From Acidobacteriota bacterium (GTDB taxonomy: Bacteria > Acidobacteriota > Vicinamibacteria > Vicinamibacterales > UBA2999): a DNA stretch of 64,000 bases. A program made the position numbers and the translations under genes. Of the stretch, positions 9,095 through 19,828 are shown in pieces. The DNA lies in assembly GCA_018000455.1 (NCBI GenBank), contig JAGNJW010000008.1, positions 24,294 through 88,293 on the forward strand, in the 5' to 3' direction. Under the pieces are notes generated by a model. The model was not told the origin of the DNA and searched no databases. It saw only the letters and a list, made by a program, of their open reading frames with translations. The number at the start of each line of letters is the position of its first letter. The first letter of the stretch is position 1.

Positions 9095-10324
9095 CTACGG
9101 GCGCAGGATGTTCAAGTAGGCCGTGATGATGATCGCGTTGCTGAAATCGATGAAGAAGGCGCCCACCATCGGCAGCACCAGAAAGGCCCGCGGCGCGGCG
9201 CCGTAGCGCTCGGTGATCGCGCTCATGTTGGCCACGGCGTTGGGAGTCGCGCCCAGGCCGAACCCGCAGTGGCCCGCCGCCATCACCGCCGCGTCGTAGT
9301 CGCGCCCCATCACGCGGAACGTGATCCAGTACGAGACGGCCGCCACCATCGCCACCTGGGCCGCCAGGATCACGACCATCGGCACGGCCAGGTCGAAGAG
9401 CTCCCACAGGCGCAGTGTCATCAGCGCCATGGTGAGGAAGAGCGACAGCGCGATCGTGCCCAGGTCGTCGACCGTGCGCGCCTGAATGCGCAGCAGCCCG
9501 GTGGCATCGGCCAGATTGCGAAAGACCGCGGCCGCCAGCATCGCGCCGATGTAGCCGGGCAGCGTGATGAAATTGCCCAGCCATCCCGAGAGCACGCCGC
9601 CGGCGGCCATGCACGCCAGGATCACGGTGAGCATCTGCAGGAGGCTGTAGGCCGTCGGCGCTTCACCCGTCGGCTCGGTGTTGATCTCGGCGTCGAGCGA
9701 CGCGTGCTCGGCGGCTCGCGCCAGCTCGGAGGGGGCACCGCCGGCCGGACGAAGGCCGAGCCTCGCGACCAGCCGGGTGCCGACCGGCCCGCCGATGAGG
9801 CCCCCGCCCACCAGCCCGAACGTTGCGGCGGCCATGGCCAGCGTCACGGCCCCGGCCACCTGATACTGCTCTTGGAGCAGCTGGCCGAAGGCCACGCCGG
9901 TGCCGTGGCCGCCCGTCATGGTGATCGATCCGGAGATGAGGCCGATCAGCGGATCGACGCCCAGCGCCGTCGCGAGGCCGATCCCGACAGCATTCTGCAG
10001 GATGGCGAGGGCACTGGCGACGAGCCAGAAGAGCGCCACCTGGGGTCCGCCCTTCTTGAGCAGCACCAGACTGGCACCGAGCCCGATGGAGGTGAAGAAG
10101 GCGACCATGAACGGTCCCTGCAGCAGCGTGTCGAACTCGAGCGCCACGACGCCAGACTGCCGCAGGCCGAGCGCCAGCGTGGCGAAGAGCACCCCGCCGA
10201 CAACCGGCGCCGGGATGTTGAAGCGGTCGAGCACGCCGACGCGCCGGCGAACGCCGTAGCCGGCGAACAGGACCAGCGTGGCCACGGCGAGCGTCTGGAT
10301 GAGGTCGAGCTTGAGTGTTGTCAC
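9095..10324 (-). CDS. gltS: Sodium/glutamate symporter
   Basis: ORF 9095..10324. The polytopic membrane protein begins MTTLKLDLIQTLAVATLVLFAGYGVRRRVGVLDRFNIPAPVVGG, typical of the GltS family. Confidence 0.85.
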   Translation of the reverse strand: MTTLKLDLIQTLAVATLVLFAGYGVRRRVGVLDRFNIPAPVVGGVLFATLALGLRQSGVVALEFDTLLQGPFMVAFFTSIGLGASLVLLKKGGPQVALFWLVASALAILQNAVGIGLATALGVDPLIGLISGSITMTGGHGTGVAFGQLLQEQYQVAGAVTLAMAAATFGLVGGGLIGGPVGTRLVARLGLRPAGGAPSELARAAEHASLDAEINTEPTGEAPTAYSLLQMLTVILACMAAGGVLSGWLGNFITLPGYIGAMLAAAVFRNLADATGLLRIQARTVDDLGTIALSLFLTMALMTLRLWELFDLAVPMVVILAAQVAMVAAVSYWITFRVMGRDYDAAVMAAGHCGFGLGATPNAVANMSAITERYGAAPRAFLVLPMVGAFFIDFSNAIIITAYLNILRP

Positions 10325-10453
10325 TGGGTGCCGGCGACATTATGCGGCAGTCTGGACTACGGGCCCGGGCGAATACCGCTGGACGTGACTGTGGATCCGA
10401 ACGTCGAACCCCGTTACGATGTCGGGCGGTCTTCCCGCAGACAGGATGCACAG

Positions 10454-11401
10454 ATGCGTTCACGCCTGATCGTCGTCGGCCTGCTCGTTTTTGCCGTGCT
10501 CATCGCGTGGCAGGCGGCAGCGCCGCTCGACGCGCGTCGCCTCGCCCCGGCCGTCACGCTCGACGAAGTGGTGCCCCCGGGCGACAACTACGACAAGGCC
10601 GAGTTCCGGCTCTGGATTCCTGCCGATCTGGCCCGCGCCCGCGGCGTGCTGGTGCTGGTTCCGGGATCGAATGGCGACGGCCGGCCCATGGCCGAGGAGG
10701 CGTTCTGGCAGGCATTCGCCAGCCGCCATGCCCTCGCCGTAGTGGCGTGCCGCTTCACCGACAAGCCGCACGAGCTCGGGTTCATCGAAGACTACGTGGA
10801 TGTTTCACGCGGCAGCGGGCAGGCGCTCGTCACCGCGCTCTCGGCCTTTGCCACGCGTTCGGCGCATCCCGAGGTGGCCACGGCGCCGCTGTTCTTGTGG
10901 GGCATGTCGGCGGGCGGCCAGTTCAACTACGAGTTCGCCGCCTGGAAGCCCGAGCGCGTTGCCGCCTTCGTGGTCAACAAGGGTGGCATCTACTACAGCG
11001 CGCTCGTGCCCAGAGCCGCGCGCAGCGTGCCGGCCCTGTTGTTTGTCGGCGCCACCGATCTCGCCTTCCGGACCAACACCATCGTGGGGCTCTTCGCCGT
11101 GAATCGGCGGGCCGGAGCGCTGTGGGCGCTCGTCACCGAACCCGACACGGCGCACGTGGTCGGGCAGTCGCGCGACCTCGGCGCCATGTTCTTCGAAGAC
11201 GTGCTGGCGCTGCGGGTCTCGGACGACGGCTTGCGGCCGGTGCCCGATGCCACAGGCTTCATCGGTGATCTCGCGGCGGGCTCGTTCCAGCCGGCGGCCG
11301 GCGCCGCCGCGCCCGCCGTGCCCACCGCCTGGTTGCCGAGCGAGCGCATCGCCAGGGCGTGGCAGCACGTGACCCGGGGACGAGCAGCGAGCGGCAACTA
11401 G
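10454..11401 (+). CDS. Secreted alpha/beta hydrolase (esterase/depolymerase-like)
   Basis: Track ORF 9269..11401 is over-extended and antisense to gltS. The ATG at 10454 gives MRSRLIVVGLLVFAVLIAWQAAA. Nucleophile elbow GMSAGG. Confidence 0.7.
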   Translation: MRSRLIVVGLLVFAVLIAWQAAAPLDARRLAPAVTLDEVVPPGDNYDKAEFRLWIPADLARARGVLVLVPGSNGDGRPMAEEAFWQAFASRHALAVVACRFTDKPHELGFIEDYVDVSRGSGQALVTALSAFATRSAHPEVATAPLFLWGMSAGGQFNYEFAAWKPERVAAFVVNKGGIYYSALVPRAARSVPALLFVGATDLAFRTNTIVGLFAVNRRAGALWALVTEPDTAHVVGQSRDLGAMFFEDVLALRVSDDGLRPVPDATGFIGDLAAGSFQPAAGAAAPAVPTAWLPSERIARAWQHVTRGRAASGN

Positions 11402-11515
11402 GCTGGCAGCCGCTCGAGGGCCGAGGCGTCGGCTCTCTCCTCAACCTCCGCCGGAGGCGTCGATTTCCACCGTTGGAACCGTGCGACTGCTCGCGCGGTC
11501 AGGCATGCTAGACAA

Positions 11516-12235
11516 ATGGCGCCCACCACCCCGTCCCGCTTCCTCACCATCGACATCGGCGGCAGCGGCCTCAAGGCGGCGGTCGCGGATCGGTCGGGCA
11601 CGCTGCTGTCGACGCGCCTGCGGGTGAAGACGCCACAGCCGTCCTCACCAGACCTACTGCTCGACCGCCTCGTGGAACTCGTAGCGCCGCTCGAGCCGTT
11701 TGACTGCATCGCCGTCGGGTTCCCGGGCGTGGTGCGTTCCGGGGTGATCGTCACGGCGCCGAATCTCGGCACGGAAGCGCTCGCCGGGTTCGACCTGGCG
11801 GGCGCGCTCGAACAGCGGCTGGGCCGGCCGGTGCGCGTGGCCAACGACGCTACGGTGCAGGGGTTGGCGGTCGTCAAGGGGCGGGGCGTGGAGATGGTGA
11901 TCACGCTCGGCACCGGCTTCGGCGCCGCGCTCTTCCTCGAGGGCCGCCCGCTGCCGACGCTGGAACTCGGCCACCATCCGTTTCACAAGGGCGGAACCTA
12001 CGAAGATCGGCTGGGCGATCAGGCGCTGAAGAAAGACGGCAAGAAGAAGTGGAACCGCCGGCTGGCGCGCGCCATCCGCACGATTCGGGCGCTGACGTGC
12101 TTCGACGCGCTGTACATCGGCGGTGGCAATGCCCGCCATGTCACGCTCACGCTTGCGGCCGACACGACCACCATCGACAACGCCAACGGCGTCAAGGGCG
12201 GCGTGGCGTTGTGGTTGGGAGTCGGCGCCGGGTAG
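11516..12235 (+). CDS. ppgK: ROK-family polyphosphate glucokinase-like kinase
   Basis: Motifs seen: FLTIDIGGSGLKAAV, VGFPGVV, NDATVQGLA, TLGTGFGAALF. Confidence 0.75.
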   Translation: MAPTTPSRFLTIDIGGSGLKAAVADRSGTLLSTRLRVKTPQPSSPDLLLDRLVELVAPLEPFDCIAVGFPGVVRSGVIVTAPNLGTEALAGFDLAGALEQRLGRPVRVANDATVQGLAVVKGRGVEMVITLGTGFGAALFLEGRPLPTLELGHHPFHKGGTYEDRLGDQALKKDGKKKWNRRLARAIRTIRALTCFDALYIGGGNARHVTLTLAADTTTIDNANGVKGGVALWLGVGAG

Positions 12236-12376
12236 AACGGGCGCCCCGCAGGGCGGCCCGCCCCTTCCGCCACCGTGCCAGTACTCGATCTGCAGGAAGA
12301 GTGCGATCGTGCCGTGGGTCACATCGACCGGTGCCGTGGGTGCGGCCACGACAACACCGGGGCTGGGCGCGGCCGT

Positions 12377-13594
12377 CTACTCGAAGCGCAGCGCATCGAT
12401 TGGATCGAGACTCGCGGCCTTGCGTGCCGGGTAGAACCCGAAGAACACGCCGGTCATCGCGGCAAAGGCGAACGCCAGTCCCACCGACCCGGCCGTCACC
12501 GATGTCGGCCACGACATCCACAGCGTGACGCCGCGGGCCATGCCGAGGCCGAGCGCGATGCCGATGCCGCCGCCAATCGCGCTCAGCACCACGGCCTCGA
12601 CCAGGAACTGCAGCAGCACGTCGCGCCCCTTGGCGCCGACCGCCATGCGCAGGCCAATCTCGCGCGTGCGCTCGGTGACCGAGACCAGCATGATGTTCAT
12701 GATGCCGATGCCGCCGACCAGCAGCGACACGCCGGCGATGCCGGCCAGCAGTCCGGTCATCGTCTCGGTGGCCTGCACGCGCACGCTGGCCATCTCTTCG
12801 AGCGTGCGCACCATGAAGTCGTCGGCGTCATCGGGCTGGATCTTGTGCCGCAGGCGGAGCACCCCGGCGATGCGATCGGCCGTCGGGCCCGTGTCGGCGG
12901 CCGAGGCGGCCGACACCGTGATGTTCTGGATGAAGGTGATGCCGCGCAGCTTCTTCATCACCGTCGTGTAGGGCACGTAGACGACATCGTCCTGGTCCTG
13001 GCCCATGCCCGACTGGCCCTTGCTGGCCATCACGCCCACCACGGTGAACGGCTGGTTGTTGATGCGGATCACTTCGCCCACCGGATCCATGCCTGCCCCG
13101 AAGAGCTGGTCTTGCACCACGGCGCCGAGCACCGCCACTTTTGACGCGGTGGCGACGTCGGTTGGCGTGAAGAAGGCGCCATAGGTCGCCGGCCACGACC
13201 GGATGAACGGCAGGTCGACGTCGGTGCCCTGCACCTGCGTGCCCCAGTTGAGATTGCCAGCCACGATCTGCGCGCGCGTGTTGACGCCGGACGCCAGGTA
13301 CTGCACGCCGGCCACGGCGCGGATGGCCTCCGCGTCGTCGGGCGTGAGCGTGCTCGCGTTGCCCTGGCCGAGTCGCACCCCGCCCTGCTGGAAGTTGCCG
13401 GCACTGATCATGATCATGTTGGTGCCGGCGGCGCTGATCTGCGACTCGATCGACGCTTGAGCGCCGGTGCCGAGTGCCACCATCGTGATCACGGCCGACA
13501 CGCCGATGATCATGCCCAGCATCGTGAGCGCCGTTCGCATCTTGTTACGGGCGAGCGCCTTGACGGCGATTCTCAAGACCATCAGGAAGGACAT
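12377..13594 (-). CDS. ABC exporter permease (FtsX/MacB-type)
   Basis: ORF 12377..13594. N-terminal TM, a large periplasmic domain and C-terminal FtsX-like TMs (RTREIGLRMAVGA). Confidence 0.9.
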   Translation of the reverse strand: MSFLMVLRIAVKALARNKMRTALTMLGMIIGVSAVITMVALGTGAQASIESQISAAGTNMIMISAGNFQQGGVRLGQGNASTLTPDDAEAIRAVAGVQYLASGVNTRAQIVAGNLNWGTQVQGTDVDLPFIRSWPATYGAFFTPTDVATASKVAVLGAVVQDQLFGAGMDPVGEVIRINNQPFTVVGVMASKGQSGMGQDQDDVVYVPYTTVMKKLRGITFIQNITVSAASAADTGPTADRIAGVLRLRHKIQPDDADDFMVRTLEEMASVRVQATETMTGLLAGIAGVSLLVGGIGIMNIMLVSVTERTREIGLRMAVGAKGRDVLLQFLVEAVVLSAIGGGIGIALGLGMARGVTLWMSWPTSVTAGSVGLAFAFAAMTGVFFGFYPARKAASLDPIDALRFE

Positions 13595-13596
13595 GC

Positions 13597-14359
<763 letters not shown>

Positions 14360-14379
<20 letters not shown>

Positions 14380-15958
14380 GGGTGGGAATCAGGGGATTCG
14401 CGGTACCGCCCGCCGCCGGGGTCGCGCGCGCCGACGTGACGCCGGTCAGGCCGGTGACGATCTCCATCCCCTCCTGCAGGTCGGTGCCGAGCAGCTCGGT
14501 GAACGAGCCGTCGGTCACGCCGAGTCGCACGTTCACGGGTTTGAGCTGGCGGTCCATGAAGAGCCACAGGCGAGCGCGCGATTCAATAGCTGGCAGCGGC
14601 GCGAACAGCTCGTCGATGGTCTGCGCCGGCGTCGCGGCCCCGGCGGTGGCGCGTGTCGAGGGCGCGCGCCCGTTGGCCTGGGGCGGCGCGGCCGACTCGA
14701 ACGCGCTCGTGTCCGCGCCGCGTTCCTTCATTCGCGCGATGAACTGCTGCCGCTCCTCGACGGACATCGCCGCGAAGCGTTCCAACAGGCGCGCCTGACG
14801 GTCGCCGCCGGGCGCTGCCGTCTGCTCGCCTCGTGCCGTTGATTCCGGCGCCGCCGCCGGCGGCTGCGCGTCACGCGCCGCCGGAGGCGCACCATTCCTG
14901 CCGCCCCGTCCGCCGCCAGTCGCCGGGTCGGCCGGCACCGGCTGGTCGAGGGCGGCGAACATCTCGGTCGTGGGCCGGAAACGCAGCGCCAGGTTCGACA
15001 CCCGCAGCGCATTGGCGCGGTGGGCCACTTCGATCTTCACGGTGGCCGTCATGCCCGGCTTCAACTTCAACTGGGGGTTGGGGGATGTGATGAGCGTGCC
15101 GTAGGTGGTCACGTTCTGCACCACGGTGGGCTGCAGCCGCACTTGCGAGACCGTGCCTTCGAAGGTCTCGGTGGGATAGGCGTCGACGCGGAAGGTGACG
15201 TGCTGATTGGGCCGGATGCGGCCCACGTCGGCCTCGTCGACGCTCGCCAGCACCTCCATCTGCTTGAGATCGGCGGCAATCACGAACAACGTCGGCGCCT
15301 GCATGCTGGCGGCCACGGTCTGTCCGACGTCGACGCTGCGCTCGGTCACGATGCCGTCGATGGGCGCGACGATGATCGTGTGGTCGCGATTCACCTTCGA
15401 CTGGTTGACGGAGGCTTCCGATTGCCGCACCGCCGCCCGTGCCTGCGTCACGGTGGCCTGCTGCGAGGCTACCGCCGCCTCTGCCGTATCGACGGCGATC
15501 TTCGCGGCATCGAGTTCGCTCTGCGCCAGCAGCAGCCGCGAGGCGAGTTCACTGGCGCGTGCGAACTTCTGCTGCGCGTCGAGCAACTGCACCCGCGTCC
15601 GGTCGAGGTCGCTCTCGGCCTTCACGAGATTGGCTCGCGCCTGACTGAGACTCGCCTCGACCTGCTGCAGCTGCGCGTCGAACATCGACGGGTCGAGGCG
15701 CGCGATCACCTGGCCGCGCTTGACGATGGAGTTGAAGTCGGCGCCCAACCACTGGATGTTGCCCGACACCTGACTGCCCACGAGCACGGTCGTGACGGCC
15801 TGCAGGGCACCGGTGGCGCCAACGGCATCCACGATGTCGCCGCGTGTCACGGGCGCCGACGTTACGCCGATGTCGGGGCCGCCACGCTGGCGATACCACG
15901 CGGTGGCCACGGCGCCAGCGGTAGCGATGAGCACCAGTGCGACGATGGCTTTCTTCAT
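14360..15958 (-). CDS. Efflux periplasmic adaptor (HlyD/MacA family) with long low-complexity insert
   Basis: Internal ATG at 15958 gives MKKAIVALVLIATAGAVATAWY. Coiled-coil and barrel-sandwich regions are present. It overlaps the ATPase gene start by 20 nt. Confidence 0.85.
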
Positions 15959-16502
15959 GCTCGAATCCGCTCGCCCGAGGGGACCGTGCGGCGGGGAACC
16001 GGGCCGTGCATCCACGCCCGTGAGCATTGTACGTTGCAATCGCCGCACGGGCCGGATGGAATGCCGCTACTGGATCCGAGCGGCGAACCCTCGCTACCAT
16101 GGCAAGCGGTCTGGGACACACCCTGCCAACCGCCCTCGCTCCCGTGTTCGTGGGCGTAGGGCTGGCCGTGCGCGACGGCGTCGCGGCGCCACTGCCGGCG
16201 CTGGCGGCTTTCCTGTGCGGGTGGCTCATCCAGTTCGCCGGGGTCGTTACCGGCAATCTGCAGAACCTGGTCGACCATCCGTCAGACCGCGAACATCCGG
16301 AACTCGTGCATGCCGTGCCAACGACTTCGCGGCCAACGCGGATCGTTTCCTCGCCGAACGATGGAGGCATGCGAGCCGCCGGTGACGGTGAGCGGGATGT
16401 TGCTCTGGGAACGAGCGGGGCTGCGCGTGAGGTGGGCGGCGTCTTGCGCGACGCCAAGCCAGAGGACGGTCGGTACGGCGCCGCGTCGGCCGAGACGCTG
16501 GG

Positions 16503-17027
16503 TCAGATCGCGCCAGCGAGCACGAGCGCCGTCGCCACGACCAGACCGAGCAGCGCGACGCTCGACGCGACGATGGCGAGAACATGCACCAGGATCACGC
16601 CCGCCAACGATCGCGAGAGGATGATTCTGCTGTCGGCGTCAGGCTCGGGAGACAGACCGGTCATCGACAGCGTGAACGAGCCCCCGCGCGACAACAGGAA
16701 GGACCGCAGCTTCATCCGCACCAAACGGATCCCTTCGGAGCTCGTCGGCAACAGCGTACGACTGAGGGGCACCGCCTGGCCGCTCGCATCCGAAAGCGCG
16801 AAGTCCAAGGCTCGGAAATCGCCGGTCAGCCGGCGGCCTTCGGCCCAGAGTTCGTACGCTCCCGCCTCGGGCAGCTCGACGCTCTGGCTGGTGACGAGTG
16901 GCAGCCTGGCCACGGTCGCCGCCCGGATCCTTTGGATCAGGCTGCGAATCGTTCGGACGAGCACCAGCATCGCGCCGACGCCCAACCCGATCGCAACGGC
17001 GACCCAGCCGCTTTCGAGTGTCATCAT
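16503..17027 (-). CDS. Hypothetical membrane protein (N-terminal TM, about 100-aa beta-rich middle, C-terminal TM)
   Basis: Distal part of track ORF 16503..17570. ATGATG at 17027 is preceded by GGGAGAG. Product is MMTLESGWVAVAIGLGVGAMLVLV...GVILVHVLAIVASSVALLGLVVATALVLAGAI. Confidence 0.45.
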   Translation of the reverse strand: MMTLESGWVAVAIGLGVGAMLVLVRTIRSLIQRIRAATVARLPLVTSQSVELPEAGAYELWAEGRRLTGDFRALDFALSDASGQAVPLSRTLLPTSSEGIRLVRMKLRSFLLSRGGSFTLSMTGLSPEPDADSRIILSRSLAGVILVHVLAIVASSVALLGLVVATALVLAGAI

Positions 17028-17099
17028 GCTCTCCCGTCTCCCAACCGAGATCGTGCCCGCTGAGCCGTGAGGCGCTCTCCACGATCGCCGAGCGCCGAG

Positions 17100-17598
17100 T
17101 CGGCTCGAGCGGGATGCCAACGCAAGCAAGGTCGTGGTGTCGTCCCACAGGTCCGGGCCGTCGTCGTCGTCCACGGTCTTGAAGCCAGTGAAGGTCACGG
17201 CCTTGCCGGCGCCGTCGGCGCACACGGCCCGGTAACGCATCTGCTTCTCGCGCGGATCGGCCTGACGCACGAGCAGATTGAAGGTGCCGCGCTGCACGGG
17301 CCGCGTGCCGCCCACGAGCGGACTCGTGATCGTGCCTTCGGTCCGGGCCTCGTGCGCCGGGTCGGTCTTGAAGTGGTCGGCGTCGTCCATGTGGATTGTG
17401 AACTCGACGTCGAGACGTGTCTTCGCATCGCACTGCCGCTCATCCCCTGGCAGTACATCACCAGATTGAAGCGGCCGCCGCTGGCGCCATCGGCATGGTC
17501 GAATGTCACGCCGGCCTCGTCGAGCCACACCTGCAGCACGCCCGCCTGGAAGCCACCTTGAGTCCGTCACCGGCCAGGATCAACGCACGCTTGGGCAC
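17100..17598 (-). pseudogene. Frame-broken patatin-like phospholipase N-terminus joined to an unrelated beta-rich domain (probable pseudogene or chimera)
   Basis: Good RBS and start: GGAGG (17606..17610), 7 nt, then GTG at 17598. Three frames are needed to read it. Frame 1 gives VPKRALILAGDG. Frame 2 gives (T)QGGFQAGVLQVWLDEAGVTFDHADGASGGRFNLVMYCQG, with the patatin oxyanion G-rich loop and the GxSxG nucleophile. Frame 3 gives LDVEFTIHMDDADHFKTDPAHEA...WDDTTTLL. Confidence 0.35.
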
Positions 17599-17620
17599 GG
17601 GGAAACCTCCGGTAACACCA

Positions 17621-18232
17621 CTACGCCGAGAGCGGGCGCTGAAAAAACGGCGCGAGCAGTCCCAACACCGTGGAGACGACGATCACCGAGAGGCCGGATA
17701 GCGCTGCCGAGTACCACGACATGGCGCCGAACGGCGAGTGTGGCAGTCCGAACGCCCAAGCCGTGTAGGCGACCGTCGCGGCGAACATCTCCCAGACCGG
17801 CCACGCCCCGAACGAGAGCGGCAGTTCCCTGCCCGCTGCCTTGACCTTGGCGGCAAAGAGCAGCCACACGACCACGGGCGTTATTGCGAAGAACGACCCG
17901 AACACGATCCAGTCCGTCACGGTGATCGTCGGCGTTTGCACCGTCGCCATGACCGCGACGTAGACGGTGAGGACTTCAGTGGGAATGTAGCCGAAGAGCA
18001 CATTCATCGCCGTGTCTACTGAGGTGGCGGCGCCCGGCGGCAGCGGCGAGGCAGCAGGCGCCGGCATTCCGGGCGCGCCGAGCGGCGCCGGTGCGTCGAG
18101 CGGCGCGGGTGCGGCCACCGGCGTCGTGCGGGCAGCCAGGGCGATCTCGTCGACCGTTGACGGCACGCGGTCGAGCGGTGCGAGGTCGGTCCGTCGCGCA
18201 GACGCCGCATTGGCGAGCGAGTTGAGGCTCAT
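17621..18232 (-). CDS. Hypothetical 4-TM membrane protein with Pro/Ala-rich N-terminal region
   Basis: ORF 17621..18232. AGGAG lies 8 nt upstream of the ATG. It is the last intact gene of the 24283->17621 operon. Confidence 0.6.
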   Translation of the reverse strand: MSLNSLANAASARRTDLAPLDRVPSTVDEIALAARTTPVAAPAPLDAPAPLGAPGMPAPAASPLPPGAATSVDTAMNVLFGYIPTEVLTVYVAVMATVQTPTITVTDWIVFGSFFAITPVVVWLLFAAKVKAAGRELPLSFGAWPVWEMFAATVAYTAWAFGLPHSPFGAMSWYSAALSGLSVIVVSTVLGLLAPFFQRPLSA

Positions 18233-18256
18233 GTCGAATCTCCTGTCCGCGGGGGA

Positions 18257-19828
18257 CTACGACTTCAGCTTGTCGAGCAGCGACGCCATGGCGTCGTCGA
18301 TCGAGGCGCTCGGCACGCCCAGCCGTTTGGCCAGGCGCATCGACACCCCGCGTGAGGCGCGCGTGGGCGTTGCCCGCGGTGCCTTGACGGCGGTCGATGG
18401 CGATGCGCCGGCGTCCTCGCCACCCGGCAGATTCCGGATCGCGTTGTACAGTCCTCGTTCCAGGTTCGTGAGCGCCGGGTCGTCGGCGATCTTCGCCTGC
18501 GCCTGCACCCGGCCTACCAATTCGTCGAACTTGGGGACCCGGCTGCGCTGCTTCTTCACCGCGGGCGCCGTCGGCCCGCCGTAGCGCCATACCAGCCACA
18601 CTTCAGATCCCCACAGGCGGTCGGCGATCGACGACGACAACGAGCCACGCGGCACGAGCGAGGGACGCGCGGCGGCCGCCGCCGATACGATCACCCAGCT
18701 GTTCAGCAACATCGGCGGCACGGCGAACGTCGCGCGTGACGCTCGCCCGAGCCAGAGCGAGAGCGCGGCCACGTCTGGATGTCCCGGCACCAGCGGCTCG
18801 ATGGCATCCACGATCGCGGCCACCAACTGTCGCGCGTCAGACGGTTCGGGCCGTCCGACCGATCGGGCGATCGAGGCACCGCGGACCAGCGTGTGCGCCA
18901 CGGCCATGGCGAACGACGGATTCGGCACTGCCGATGCCGACATCGCCTCCGCGTGTGCGGTGGCAATCGTGACGTGCGGACCCGCAATCCACGACTTCGC
19001 GAGCTCGGCGTAGCCACGCACGTCGCTGGTGACGACCTCGCCGGGCCTGGCCATGAGGATGGTGGCGTTGGCCAGGTCGGCACGCCAGAGCGGCCGCTTG
19101 AGTGTTCCGTGATTGCGCATGCCGAGCAGCACCTGCGTCTGCCAGCCGGGCGAAACCACCAGCGATTGTTCGAGGCCCCGCGCGTCCTGGTCCGACGATT
19201 CACCCAGAGCGACGCGAAGCCGATAGGAGCCGGGCGCCAGCGTCGCGACGTGCGTGACGGCGGTCGGGCTGGCGTTTGCGGTCGTCGAGACGACGGTCTG
19301 CAGGTCCACCACCAGGGCGCCGCCGGCATCGCACAGCGACAGGCCGAGGGCCGGGTGTGCGTCGGGTGCCTCAGGCGAACCGGCGAGCTCGAACATCACG
19401 CCCGATGCCATGGCTGGCGTGGGCGCCAGCGCGCGGGTCTGCGGCCTGGCGCCGCGCGCCGCAGCGTGCGTCACCTCCTCACCAGTCGGGGCCGCCAGCG
19501 GCGGTGGCGGTGGCGCCGCCATCGCGAGCGGCGGTACGACTTCGCTCTTCGACAGGCCGTGCTCGAACACGTCCGGGAGCGCCACGGTGACGTCCGCCGT
19601 GCCGGACACGACCGTCGTCATCGTGCGCTCGACATCGCCGCGCCGGAACTTCAGCTTGTAGATGCCGGCCGGTACCTCACGCGTCAACGTACCCACCGAG
19701 CGGCTGACGAGGCGGAACGTGTAGTCGATGAGAAACACTTCCGTGTCGGGCGGCGCCTTCACGATGAGACGGGTCGTGGGCCCTTCCGGGCTGGCGCCGC
19801 GCGGGCCGGTCGGATCAGATGTCGACAT
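18257..19828 (-). CDS. Hypothetical 523-aa protein: two PEGA-like beta-sandwich modules, a helical region and an HTH-like C-terminal tail
   Basis: ORF 18257..19828. GGAGGG lies upstream of the ATG, and the start overlaps the caspase-like gene by 14 nt. Modules: ...VPAGIYKLKFRRGD... and ...LAPGSYRLRVALGE.... Tail: SMRLAKRLGVPSASIDDAMASLL. Confidence 0.65.
   Translation of the reverse strand: MSTSDPTGPRGASPEGPTTRLIVKAPPDTEVFLIDYTFRLVSRSVGTLTREVPAGIYKLKFRRGDVERTMTTVVSGTADVTVALPDVFEHGLSKSEVVPPLAMAAPPPPPLAAPTGEEVTHAAARGARPQTRALAPTPAMASGVMFELAGSPEAPDAHPALGLSLCDAGGALVVDLQTVVSTTANASPTAVTHVATLAPGSYRLRVALGESSDQDARGLEQSLVVSPGWQTQVLLGMRNHGTLKRPLWRADLANATILMARPGEVVTSDVRGYAELAKSWIAGPHVTIATAHAEAMSASAVPNPSFAMAVAHTLVRGASIARSVGRPEPSDARQLVAAIVDAIEPLVPGHPDVAALSLWLGRASRATFAVPPMLLNSWVIVSAAAAARPSLVPRGSLSSSIADRLWGSEVWLVWRYGGPTAPAVKKQRSRVPKFDELVGRVQAQAKIADDPALTNLERGLYNAIRNLPGGEDAGASPSTAVKAPRATPTRASRGVSMRLAKRLGVPSASIDDAMASLLDKLKS

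Noticed and set aside
16282-16506. Minus-strand reading ...PTVLWLGVAQDAAHL...IPLTVTGGSHAS...MHEF that resembles the C-terminus of an alpha/beta hydrolase
   Set aside because: It has no start codon, is only about 74 codons long, and the similarity is at the level of a vague pattern. I cannot distinguish it from chance.
16027-17070. 347-aa plus-strand ORF as an intact gene
   Set aside because: Only about 70 residues (16099..16300) resemble a MenA/UbiA N-terminus. The rest is non-membrane junk and overlaps a better minus-strand membrane-protein ORF. I treated it as a remnant at best.
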